DNA from: Bellilinea caldifistulae
Lineage (GTDB): Bacteria; Chloroflexota; Anaerolineae; Anaerolineales; Anaerolineaceae
Assembly (NCBI RefSeq): GCF_001306055.1
Contig: NZ_LGHJ01000029.1
Span: 44,683-76,682, forward strand
Length of the DNA: 32,000 bases
Direction: 5' to 3'
Each line of letters begins with the position of its first letter. The first letter of the stretch is position 1. The translations under genes and the position numbers were made by a program. This document shows, piece after piece, positions 23,883-32,000 of this stretch. Below the pieces are notes generated by a model. That model did not search any database, was not told where the DNA came from, and saw nothing but the letters and a program-made list of their open reading frames with translations.

Positions 23883-25121
23883 TCAACCTTGATTTTGGAG
23901 AACATCCCTGATTAAGGGTGCGATTTTACGGGTATAAATCGCCTCCCAGGTAAATTCCTTCTTCACTTTTGACCGAAAAGAGTACACCGGGTCTTTGTTT
24001 AATGATTCTCCAATCCTTTTAGCCACAATTTCCGGAGAATCTTTTAGAGAAAACAAATTGGCATAACCATCCGCCAGTGCCCGCAACGGCGCAATATCAC
24101 TACAAAAGATTAATAAACGGCTCAGACCAGCTTCCAGGACGGGTATACCAAAGCCCTCCTCTTTGCTGGTCAATAACAAAACATCCGCCATACGATAGAA
24201 AGAACCGATCCACTCCTCCGAAATGCCGTTGGGGAAATATTCGGCCAGGAAGAAAACCTGGTTCTCCAAATCCAGCAGTCTTCTCAGTTCAATGAGCTCT
24301 TTCAGATATTGCTCGTTGGTCGGATTATGAGCACCTGTTGGGCCGGTCACCACCAGTTTCACCCCGGGAAAGTGGTGTTTAAGACTGGCGATAATGTGCA
24401 AGCCCATTTCAAGATTCTTTCTGCGGGTCACCCGAATTGGCATCAGGACAAACGGTTCAGCCGAAAGGAAATGATGCTGGCTTACAAATTGGTACAAATC
24501 GTCCGTCAACCCAATCAAGTTCTTCTGGTTGATGCCCCCCGGAATGACCTTGACCTTGTCCTGCTCGATCCCGGTCAAATGCACCATTTCCTGCTTTCGA
24601 GCCTCAGAAACCACTACATGGGTTACACCTTCCCAGGCAATTTTGCACAAATTCCATGGATAAGCCGAATACAACTCACCATTGTACTGACTCGCTGTCC
24701 ACGCAAAGTCATGATGCCACAAAATTACCGCTAATTTTTCCGGTCTGGAGGAAATCAGGCGGTAGAGAGCGGCCGTCAAAGCCAGATTTTTATGCTGCGA
24801 AGCAACGTTATGCGCAATCAACAATCTTGCATCGGCGAGAACTTCAACCAGCCAGTTGAAAATTTGACCGGCTATATCCTCGAAATTCAAAGGAACTTGA
24901 CCCTGGTCAAGGTGTTTTTTTAATTCAAGAATTTGGGGATCGCGCGAATCCAGCAGCGGATTTGCCTTCACTTTAATGTGAGGATGCCACGAATTTCCCC
25001 TGCCACATAAGATTTCAACATCGTAACCAAAATTGGACAGACATTCAGCCTGACTGGCCATCACATTTTCTACGCCACCGATAATTGGCGGAGCAGAATA
25101 ATGTAAAAACGCAACTTTCAT
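23883..25121 (-). CDS. GT4 retaining glycosyltransferase, first gene of the operon
   Basis: N-terminal MKVAFLHYSAPPIIGGVENV and EX7E signature EGFGIPVLEA. SD GGGAGAA lies before the ATG. Confidence 0.85.
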   Translation of the reverse strand: MKVAFLHYSAPPIIGGVENVMASQAECLSNFGYDVEILCGRGNSWHPHIKVKANPLLDSRDPQILELKKHLDQGQVPLNFEDIAGQIFNWLVEVLADARLLIAHNVASQHKNLALTAALYRLISSRPEKLAVILWHHDFAWTASQYNGELYSAYPWNLCKIAWEGVTHVVVSEARKQEMVHLTGIEQDKVKVIPGGINQKNLIGLTDDLYQFVSQHHFLSAEPFVLMPIRVTRRKNLEMGLHIIASLKHHFPGVKLVVTGPTGAHNPTNEQYLKELIELRRLLDLENQVFFLAEYFPNGISEEWIGSFYRMADVLLLTSKEEGFGIPVLEAGLSRLLIFCSDIAPLRALADGYANLFSLKDSPEIVAKRIGESLNKDPVYSFRSKVKKEFTWEAIYTRKIAPLIRDVLQNQG

Positions 25122-25284
25122 CCATTTCTCCCAGAATCGTAATTTCCTTTGTCGAAAATTGTTCTAAAAGATTGTAACACATGCAATTTTGGTTTTTTCG
25201 CAAATTATTAGACAAATCAAAGGAATTTTTGGAGAGGGTGATGTACAATCAAAAATGGATTACTTTGATAAAAGAGGCATAAAA

Positions 25285-26439
25285 ATGAATTTTGAATGGA
25301 CACAGGAACAGGATGACCTGTATCATCAAGCAATTGAATTTGCTCAAAAAAGAATGAATCAAAACCTGATCGATGAAGATCGCAATCAGGTCTTTTCAAA
25401 AGAAAAATGGCAGGCCTGCGCCGATTTGGGACTGCTGGGGATGATTATTCCAGAACAATATGGCGGTTTGGGACTGGATGCGCTTACGGTAGCACGTGTA
25501 TTAGAAGGTTTTGGCTACGGCAGCAAAGACACCAGTATCTTTCTCTCAATTGGTGCCCACATTTGGGCTGTTGAGATGCCCTTGCTTCTCTTTGGTAGCG
25601 AAGAGTTAAAGCAAAAATACCTGCCAAAATTAATCTCTGGAGAATGGGTTGGTGCTCATGCAATCTCCGAACCCGCTGCCGGATCGGATGCAATGTCCAT
25701 GTCCACCACAGCTGTCAAAGACGGTGATGATTTTATCCTCAACGGAAGTAAAACTTTCGTCACCAATGCACCGGTGGCGGATTTCTTCATCACATTCGCG
25801 ACAATCAATAAAAAATACGGTTTTGCAGGTGTGACTTGTTTTGCTGTGGAAGGCGATATACCCGGTGTTTCAGTTGAATCACACATGGAAAAACTGGGGT
25901 CAAGAACATCCCCCATGGCCGATGTCATCTTCCGCGACGCCCGCATTCCCGCCACCAATGTGATTGGAAGTCCCAGCAGCGGGTCGAGAGTGTTTTCTCG
26001 CATCATGTTTTGGGAACGGGCGCTCATCCTCGCTCCTTTTCTGGGCGCAATGCAACGCCAAATTGAAGATTGCGTGCGTTACGCCAATGAACGAGTACAG
26101 TTTGGCAAGCCCATATCTGCCTATCAGGCAATTTCCGGTAAAATCGTGGATATGCAGGTACGCCTTGAATCAGCCCGCCTGCTGATTTACAAAGCCGCAT
26201 GGGAATTGGAACATGGCGATCCAACGATGCCCGCTTCGATTGCAAAACTTGTCACCAGCGAAGCCGCTGTACAGACCTTTTTAGACGCGATTCAAGTCTT
26301 TGGCGGTTATGGTTATACAACAGACTTTGAAATTGAACGACATCTGCGTGATGCAATTGGTACAAAGATTTACTCCGGCACCAGTGAAATGCAAAAGATG
26401 ATCATTGCCACCACTCTCGGTTTGAAAACCCAGGGATGA
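25285..26439 (+). CDS. acyl-CoA dehydrogenase family flavoprotein
   Basis: ACAD motifs GAHAISEPAAGSD, FVTNAP and FGGYGYT. The YEGT position reads YSGT. A Glu sits in WERAL at the position I remember as the IVD/LCAD-type catalytic base. The ATG at 25285 gives 384 aa. Confidence 0.88.
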   Translation: MNFEWTQEQDDLYHQAIEFAQKRMNQNLIDEDRNQVFSKEKWQACADLGLLGMIIPEQYGGLGLDALTVARVLEGFGYGSKDTSIFLSIGAHIWAVEMPLLLFGSEELKQKYLPKLISGEWVGAHAISEPAAGSDAMSMSTTAVKDGDDFILNGSKTFVTNAPVADFFITFATINKKYGFAGVTCFAVEGDIPGVSVESHMEKLGSRTSPMADVIFRDARIPATNVIGSPSSGSRVFSRIMFWERALILAPFLGAMQRQIEDCVRYANERVQFGKPISAYQAISGKIVDMQVRLESARLLIYKAAWELEHGDPTMPASIAKLVTSEAAVQTFLDAIQVFGGYGYTTDFEIERHLRDAIGTKIYSGTSEMQKMIIATTLGLKTQG

Positions 26440-26442
26440 AAA

Positions 26443-26775
26443 ATGCTTGATAAAGAAGTAACCACAACAATAGAATTACTGTATTTTGAGGATTGCCCGA
26501 ACTGGCGAAAAGGTTTGGAACTTTTCCAAAAAGTACTGGACGACTTGGCAATCGGTCAGGAAATTCACCTGATCAGAGTCGAGACCGAGGAAGAGGCCCA
26601 AAGTCGGAAATTCGCCGGTTCGCCCTCGTTCTTAATCAATGGGCAAGACCTTTTTCCGAACCAGCAGGCCAATTACTTTTTAGGCTGTCGTGTTTACCCC
26701 ACGAAGGCGGGTTTTCGCGGCGTTCCCGAGTATGATGCCCTTCGTTCAGCAGTTCGACAAGCATTGGGGTTATGA
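26443..26775 (+). CDS. small thioredoxin-fold protein with a single Cys (YFEDCPNW ... GSPSFLINGQD)
   Basis: The ATG lies 3 nt after the ACAD stop. The motif pattern resembles small thioredoxin/glutaredoxin-fold proteins that lack the CxxC pair. Confidence 0.6.
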   Translation: MLDKEVTTTIELLYFEDCPNWRKGLELFQKVLDDLAIGQEIHLIRVETEEEAQSRKFAGSPSFLINGQDLFPNQQANYFLGCRVYPTKAGFRGVPEYDALRSAVRQALGL

Positions 26776-27861
26776 AAAGTTCACTACCTTATCAATCACC
26801 CTGAGCGCTTCTTCCATCAAGGTCATGTTTGCCTGACTGCCCATATGTCCGAGGCGGAAAATTTTTCCAGCCAATGGGCCGTAGGAGCCGCCAACGACCA
26901 GTCCCATTTCGCGAAAACGACGATCCAATTCCTCCCACGAAAATTTTTCCGGGATATGAACCGCCGTGACGGTAGGTGAAGGTACCGCATTCTCTGCCGG
27001 AAATAATCGCAATCCCATCTCTTGCAGTTCCTTTCGGCAATAATCGGCAACCATTTCGTGGCGTTTGAACACCTCAGCCAGCCCTTCGTCCAAAATCAGT
27101 CTCAGCGCCTGATGCACCGCCGCAACCCCATGCCAGTTTGGGGTGTACGGAAAGTAAAATTTTTCCTGAGCATCCCAAAAAGGCAACAAGGCATCATATC
27201 CCACGTAGCCGACCTGTTTGATGATTTTCCACGCAGCCTCACTGACGGTGACAAACGCGGCCAAAGGTGGTGCGGAAAATACCTTTTGTGAACCGCCCAA
27301 ACACAGGTCTATCGCCCATTCATCGGTCTTGACCGGTGTCCCGCCCAGGCTTGCTACTGCATCAACGTAGAATAAAGGCACTTCATATTGTTGCTTGAGA
27401 AGACCAATTTTCTCTAGCGGATTGAGGGTGCCGGAAGGTGTTTCACAGTGGACAGCCGTGATCATCTTCGGGCGAAAAGTTTTAATCAGTCTTTCAATCG
27501 CATCCCAATCCTGAAAAGTCTGGTTATAAGCCACCCCGTAAACCTTTACATCTGCCCCAATGGAAGCAGCCATCTCTGCAATTCCATAGCCAAACACGCC
27601 GCTGGCAAGTGCAAGAACCCGGTCTCCCGGCAGAAGTGTACTTTTCAAGGCCCCCCACAAGGCAATCATTCCTTCTCCGGTATGGATCACAACCCGATTC
27701 TTTGTTTCATACACAACCCGTAACAGATTTTCAGTTTGGTTGTATAAATCCAGAAATTCTCGTTCCAGATCCGCAGATGGGTAATCCCGATTCATCGCAT
27801 CCAGGACAATTTGAGGAACGCTAGTTGGGCCGGGCACCATGGGTATGGGATAAAGATTCAT
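26770..27861 (-). CDS. class V PLP-dependent aminotransferase (serine-pyruvate/alanine-glyoxylate aminotransferase-like)
   Basis: N-terminal IPMVPGPTSVP. PLP-lysine motif GGSQKVFSAPP. The C-terminal FRLGHMG motif is typical of the AGXT family. Confidence 0.85.
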   Translation of the reverse strand: MNLYPIPMVPGPTSVPQIVLDAMNRDYPSADLEREFLDLYNQTENLLRVVYETKNRVVIHTGEGMIALWGALKSTLLPGDRVLALASGVFGYGIAEMAASIGADVKVYGVAYNQTFQDWDAIERLIKTFRPKMITAVHCETPSGTLNPLEKIGLLKQQYEVPLFYVDAVASLGGTPVKTDEWAIDLCLGGSQKVFSAPPLAAFVTVSEAAWKIIKQVGYVGYDALLPFWDAQEKFYFPYTPNWHGVAAVHQALRLILDEGLAEVFKRHEMVADYCRKELQEMGLRLFPAENAVPSPTVTAVHIPEKFSWEELDRRFREMGLVVGGSYGPLAGKIFRLGHMGSQANMTLMEEALRVIDKVVNFS

Positions 27862-27986
27862 AAGTCAAACCACTTCCTTAAGTCAAAGTCAGATCAACCC
27901 AATTATCTCACAAACTACCAGAACCAAAAGTGATTATAATTTGTTGCGGTATAATCAAACTCAACAACCCCTTCAGGAGTAAACCT

Positions 27987-29210
27987 TTGAAAACCAGCGT
28001 TGTTGATCGTTTTATCCGCTATGCGAAAATTCACACCGAATCCGATCCGGCTTCGGAAAGCTTCCCCAGCACCAGCCGGCAGTTAAATCTGGCAAAACTG
28101 CTAGTTGAAGAATTGAAACAAGTAGGGCTGGTAGATATTTCGCTGGATGAAAACGGCTATGTGATGGCAACCCTTCCCGCCAATGTTGAGAATGCACCCA
28201 CGATTGGATTCATCGCTCATATGGACACCAATCCGGATATGACCGGTGAAAATGTCAATCCCCAAATCGTCCATTATCAAGGCGGAGATATTATCCTCAA
28301 CCCGGAGAAAAACATCGTTCTTTCTCCCCAGGATTTTCCCGTACTGAATAACTACATCGGACAAACCCTGATTACGACCGATGGAAACACTTTACTGGGC
28401 GCGGACGACAAAGCCGGCATCGCCGAGATAATGGCAGCCGTCGAATACCTCGTCCAACATCCGGAAATCCCCCATGCTGCCATCCGGGTCGGTTTTACGC
28501 CAGACGAAGAAATTGGGCGAGGGGCCGACCGATTCGATGTCCAGAAGTTCAACGCCGATTTCGCCTATACCATGGACGGTGGGGAAATTGGCGAACTGCA
28601 ATATGAGAATTTCAACGCTGCCAATGCAAAAATATTCATTCAGGGACGGAATGTCCACCCCGGTACTGCCAAAAACCAGATGATTAACGCCTTGCAAATC
28701 GCCATCAATTTGCACCAGATGTTACCACCCCACCTGAGGCCGGAACACACTGATCATTACGAAGGATTTTTTCACCTGACCCACATTCAAGGAAGTGTTG
28801 ATTCCGCTGAGATGCGCTACATCATCCGTGAACATGACCGCCAAAGATTTGAAGAAATGAAAGCCCTATTGCTCCGGGCTATTCAATTCCAGAACGAACT
28901 TTACGGATCAGAGCGGATCAAGATTGATTTACGGGATAGTTACTACAACATGAAGGAAAAAATTCTGCCGGTAATGCACATCATTGAGCTTGCAAAACAA
29001 GCCATGCTGGATGTGGGAGTTACCCCCATCATCCGCCCGGTGCGCGGCGGTACTGACGGGGCAAGGTTATCCTACATGGGATTACCCTGCCCAAATATCT
29101 TCAATGGCGGGCATAACTATCATGGCCGGTACGAGTTTATCCCGGTTGAATCAATGGAGAAAGCCGTTCAAGTCATCGTGCGAATCGCAGAACTTGCCAT
29201 CCAGGATTGA
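27987..29210 (+). CDS. pepT: peptidase T (tripeptide aminopeptidase, M20B)
   Basis: VVDRFIRYAKIHTESD, IAHMDT, LGADDKAGIAEIM, GFTPDEEIG and GGTDGA. A TTG start at 27987 lies 7 nt after AGGAG and gives 407 aa. The GTG at 27930 adds a non-conserved leader. Confidence 0.9.
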   Translation: MKTSVVDRFIRYAKIHTESDPASESFPSTSRQLNLAKLLVEELKQVGLVDISLDENGYVMATLPANVENAPTIGFIAHMDTNPDMTGENVNPQIVHYQGGDIILNPEKNIVLSPQDFPVLNNYIGQTLITTDGNTLLGADDKAGIAEIMAAVEYLVQHPEIPHAAIRVGFTPDEEIGRGADRFDVQKFNADFAYTMDGGEIGELQYENFNAANAKIFIQGRNVHPGTAKNQMINALQIAINLHQMLPPHLRPEHTDHYEGFFHLTHIQGSVDSAEMRYIIREHDRQRFEEMKALLLRAIQFQNELYGSERIKIDLRDSYYNMKEKILPVMHIIELAKQAMLDVGVTPIIRPVRGGTDGARLSYMGLPCPNIFNGGHNYHGRYEFIPVESMEKAVQVIVRIAELAIQD

Positions 29211-31154
29211 TCAGGAGACGACTTTTAGCCAAACAAACTGATAGGGTTCCAGCATCAAAGCATTGATTGTGGAATATGGCTGACTGCTAACCAGATCAAC
29301 GAAGTGATAGCCCAACCCATGCAAACGAATTTCATTCCCATCAATGATTTGGGGCTGTTCGCTGAAATTGCAAATGGCTAACACCCGTTCATTTCGTTTT
29401 TGACGCACATAAGAAAACAGGTGCTTCGACCTCAGACTGAGAATTTCAGTTTCCGCCCCGCCAAAGGCACTGATTGCTTTTCGCAATTCAATTAATTTTC
29501 TCAAGCGGGTGTACAACTTTCCTTCCAGAGTTGTCTCGTCAAACCGCCGGTTGTATTTCTCCCAGTCAGCAAATGGACGGTGCACCCAACGTGAATCGCG
29601 CACTTTTGCCGGGTCTTCACGATAGCGATAATCGTTTAAGGTGGCCACTTCATCCCCAAGATAAATTAACGGGATGCCGCCTATGGATAGAATCACACTG
29701 TGGATGAGGATAATCCGCCGCAAAGCCAACTCAACTTCTCGCTCAGTTTCCTCGTAAATCGCCTTTTCCAATCCCGCCAAAGAAGCACAAGTGCCAGAAA
29801 TTCTTGCATCACCAGTGCGGGGATTTTCCTGAAACGGCAAACCCCGCGCAAAACTTCCAGGAAACTTACCGGTATAGAAATCATTCAAAAAACGGCGATG
29901 GTCAAAGCCGTTGATGCCCAACTGAGCCGCATCCTCATCTGAAAAAGTCCATCCGATATCGTCGTGACAGCGCACATAATTCACCCAGGCACAATCCGGA
30001 TGAATCTTAAACCGTTCCTGCATCGAAAACGTGAGCAAATCGGTCTGGCGGGTTGCCAGTGTATTCCACAGCAAAGCCATCAACAAAGGATTGTAAGAAA
30101 TCTGGCATTCTTTGGGGTGGATATAACGCACCACCTCATCGGGATGAACGATTGCCTCGGATTTAAAAATCAATGAGGGAGCTGAAATCCGGGCTATTGA
30201 ATTAAAAGCCTGGATTAGAAGATGGGCTTCTGGCAGGTTTTCACAATTTGTTCCCATTTGTTTCCAGAGAAAGGCAACCGCATCCAGACGCAGGACTTCG
30301 ACGCCTGCATTTGCCAGGAAGAGCATTTCCTCAGCCATACGGTTGAAGACCACCGGATTGGAATAATTCAGATCCCATTGATTGGAATGAAAAGTCGTCC
30401 AGACCCATTTACCCATATCTGGAAAATAAGTAAATGCACCTGGATGCTCTTCGGGAAAAATTTCCCGCAAGGTGCGTTCATAGGCATCCGGCATGGTGCG
30501 GTCGTCGAACATATAATAATAAGCCTGATACTCCGGATCTCCCGCCCGAGCCTTTAGCGCCCACTCATGTTCGTTAGAGGTGTGGTTAAACACAAAATCC
30601 AGCACCAGACTGATTCCCTCTTTGCGCAACTGTTGTGCCAGTTCAGATAATTCCCCCATGCTCCCAATGGCTGGATTGACTTCACGGTAACTGGAAATTG
30701 CATATCCACCGTCATTTTCCCCTTCCGGACAGCGGAACAATGGCATCAGATGCAGGTAAGTCAATCCCAATTCCTTAAAATAGGGAATTTTCTGCTGGAT
30801 ACCCTTCAAGTTTCCAGCGAATAAATCCACGTAGCACACACCGCCAAGCATCTGATTCGACTGGAACCAATCCGGATGATTTTCACGATCCGCATCCAGT
30901 AATTTCAATTCAGGGTTACGCTGAGTCCAGTAAACAGCAAGGACCTCCAGCAATTCTTCAATGTGATAAAAGAAATCATAATGCGTCCCGTATAGATGAT
31001 GAAGAATTCGAAAAAGATCTTCAAAATTCCGGCTCAGGCGGCTTTCAAACTTTTGCCAATCCTCTGAATGACCGGCAATGTAATCGGCAAACCGCGTCCT
31101 GAGACGCGGTTGAAGCCGATCCAGAGTCCGTTTCGCTTCTCTGGAAAGATCCAT
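29211..31154 (-). CDS. amylosucrase (GH13 subfamily 4 sucrose glucosyltransferase)
   Basis: [80 protein letters not shown] and [10 protein letters not shown]. Confidence 0.88.
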   Translation of the reverse strand: MDLSREAKRTLDRLQPRLRTRFADYIAGHSEDWQKFESRLSRNFEDLFRILHHLYGTHYDFFYHIEELLEVLAVYWTQRNPELKLLDADRENHPDWFQSNQMLGGVCYVDLFAGNLKGIQQKIPYFKELGLTYLHLMPLFRCPEGENDGGYAISSYREVNPAIGSMGELSELAQQLRKEGISLVLDFVFNHTSNEHEWALKARAGDPEYQAYYYMFDDRTMPDAYERTLREIFPEEHPGAFTYFPDMGKWVWTTFHSNQWDLNYSNPVVFNRMAEEMLFLANAGVEVLRLDAVAFLWKQMGTNCENLPEAHLLIQAFNSIARISAPSLIFKSEAIVHPDEVVRYIHPKECQISYNPLLMALLWNTLATRQTDLLTFSMQERFKIHPDCAWVNYVRCHDDIGWTFSDEDAAQLGINGFDHRRFLNDFYTGKFPGSFARGLPFQENPRTGDARISGTCASLAGLEKAIYEETEREVELALRRIILIHSVILSIGGIPLIYLGDEVATLNDYRYREDPAKVRDSRWVHRPFADWEKYNRRFDETTLEGKLYTRLRKLIELRKAISAFGGAETEILSLRSKHLFSYVRQKRNERVLAICNFSEQPQIIDGNEIRLHGLGYHFVDLVSSQPYSTINALMLEPYQFVWLKVVS

Positions 31155-31174
31155 GAACCCGATTCCTTTCTAAG

Positions 31175-31891
31175 TTATCCTTTTACAGAACCTGCCATTA
31201 AACCGCGTACGAAATAGCGTTGTAAGGCAAAGAAAACGGTCAACGGCAAAATCATGCTGACAAAAGCACCGGATGTAAGCAAATGCCAGTCCTGCCCTTT
31301 CTCTCCAACCATGGCTGCCAGCGCACTGGTAACAACCCGGTTTTGATCGCCAAGAAAGACCAGAGCCACCAGATAGTCATTCCAAACCCACAAGAACTGG
31401 AAAATGGCAAAGGATGCCAGGGCAGGGATGGATAAGGGCAGAATCAGGCGGGTAAAAATAGTGAAGTGCGAAGCCCCGTCAATAAAAGCCGATTCGAGAA
31501 TATCACGCGGGAGAGAACCGATGTAATTGAACAAGAGATACACTGCCAGCGGCAATCCGAATCCGGTATGTGCCAGCCACATAGCGAGGTATGTGCCGTT
31601 TAAATTCAATTGAGTGTAATCTCTCAAGATTGGCACCAATGCAATTTGCAGGGGAACAACCAGCAAAGCAACCACCAGTGTAAATAACAATTTTCTGCCG
31701 GGAAAGTTAAGCCACGCGAACCCATACGCCGCAAATGCAGCAATCAAAATGGGGATGATCGTCGAAGGAACCGCAACCGCGATTGAATTGAGAAAGGCAC
31801 CCCCCAGGTTATTGCCCTTTCGGGTAATTTCATTCCCGGATGCGTCCCGAAAACGAATCTCCTTTCCGCTTAAGAGATTGTTGAAAAACAA
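31175..31891 (-). CDS. carbohydrate ABC transporter permease (MalG/SugB-like); 5' end unresolved
   Basis: EAA-loop region ESAFIDGASHFTIFTRLILPLSIPAL. The C-terminal RGLMAGSVKG motif is typical of sugar ABC permeases. Only 5 TM helices are encoded after the TTG at 31891. The adjacent frame stays open to the window edge. Confidence 0.75.
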   Translation of the reverse strand: MFFNNLLSGKEIRFRDASGNEITRKGNNLGGAFLNSIAVAVPSTIIPILIAAFAAYGFAWLNFPGRKLLFTLVVALLVVPLQIALVPILRDYTQLNLNGTYLAMWLAHTGFGLPLAVYLLFNYIGSLPRDILESAFIDGASHFTIFTRLILPLSIPALASFAIFQFLWVWNDYLVALVFLGDQNRVVTSALAAMVGEKGQDWHLLTSGAFVSMILPLTVFFALQRYFVRGLMAGSVKG

Positions 31892-32000
31892 ACAACTGGG
31901 ATTGACGAAAAGGGGAAAACCTTAATACAATCGAACCAAACCACTTTGGAGATCAGCGGGATGGAAAAGCAGCGTTTCGAAGAAACCGGCAAAGGATCAT

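Noticed and set aside
29690-29725. Second CGCAAAGCC motif resembling the GEMM-I core
   Set aside because: It lies inside the amylosucrase coding region on the antisense strand. It has no preceding GGCAAA, GNRA hairpin or downstream platform.
31922-31924. In-frame TAA in the permease as a recoding or readthrough site
   Set aside because: The sequence upstream in that frame is not TM-like and begins with another stop (31997-31999). A frameshift into the adjacent open frame explains the data better.
1-32000. Search by eye for CRISPR arrays, tandem or dispersed repeats, tRNA/rRNA genes, transposases, integrases, toxin-antitoxin pairs or known defence-system genes
   Set aside because: None found. 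Every gap over 60 nt is accounted for by promoters, terminators or the riboswitch candidate. No periodic repeats or mobile-element boundaries are visible. A computational repeat and tRNA scan would be needed to be certain.

Overview
The window looks like a chromosomal, largely metabolic region. I call 26 protein-coding genes, one frameshifted nuclease gene, and several cis-regulatory elements. By eye I see no rRNA, tRNA, CRISPR array, transposase, integrase or recognisable defence genes. The organism cannot be named from the window alone.

Genes in order: a partial FmdE-like Zn-ribbon protein with two tandem TauE/SafE permeases; a small membrane protein; an APC permease followed by a CBS-CBS-ACT protein; a Kv-like K+ channel ending in a zinc ribbon; a frameshifted thermonuclease; TsaC/Sua5; a large secreted S8 subtilase; a Gfo/Idh/MocA oxidoreductase; an Fe-ADH to tungsten-type AOR operon; an orphan secreted protein; SCP2; MtnA; a five-gene glycoside operon; an acyl-CoA dehydrogenase with a thioredoxin-fold protein; a class V aminotransferase; PepT; amylosucrase; and a sugar ABC permease.

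The two most interesting items:
1. The five-gene minus-strand operon at 18420-25121. It is GT4, a universal-stress-protein (USP)::GpgS fusion, a histidine-phosphatase, a GH13_18 phosphorylase and a second GT4. It looks like synthesis plus phosphorolytic recycling of a glucosylglycerate-based solute or primer, with two extra glycosyltransferases. I cannot match this combination to a described pathway from memory.
2. A candidate c-di-GMP-I (GEMM-I) riboswitch with a terminator expression platform, in the long leader of the S8 protease (about 10337-10445, minus strand).

Two genes, the thermonuclease and the 5' end of the ABC permease, need a 1-nt frame correction next to short homopolymer runs. 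This may be assembly error rather than biology.

All family calls rest on motifs read from the translations and on remembered family knowledge. No searches were run.
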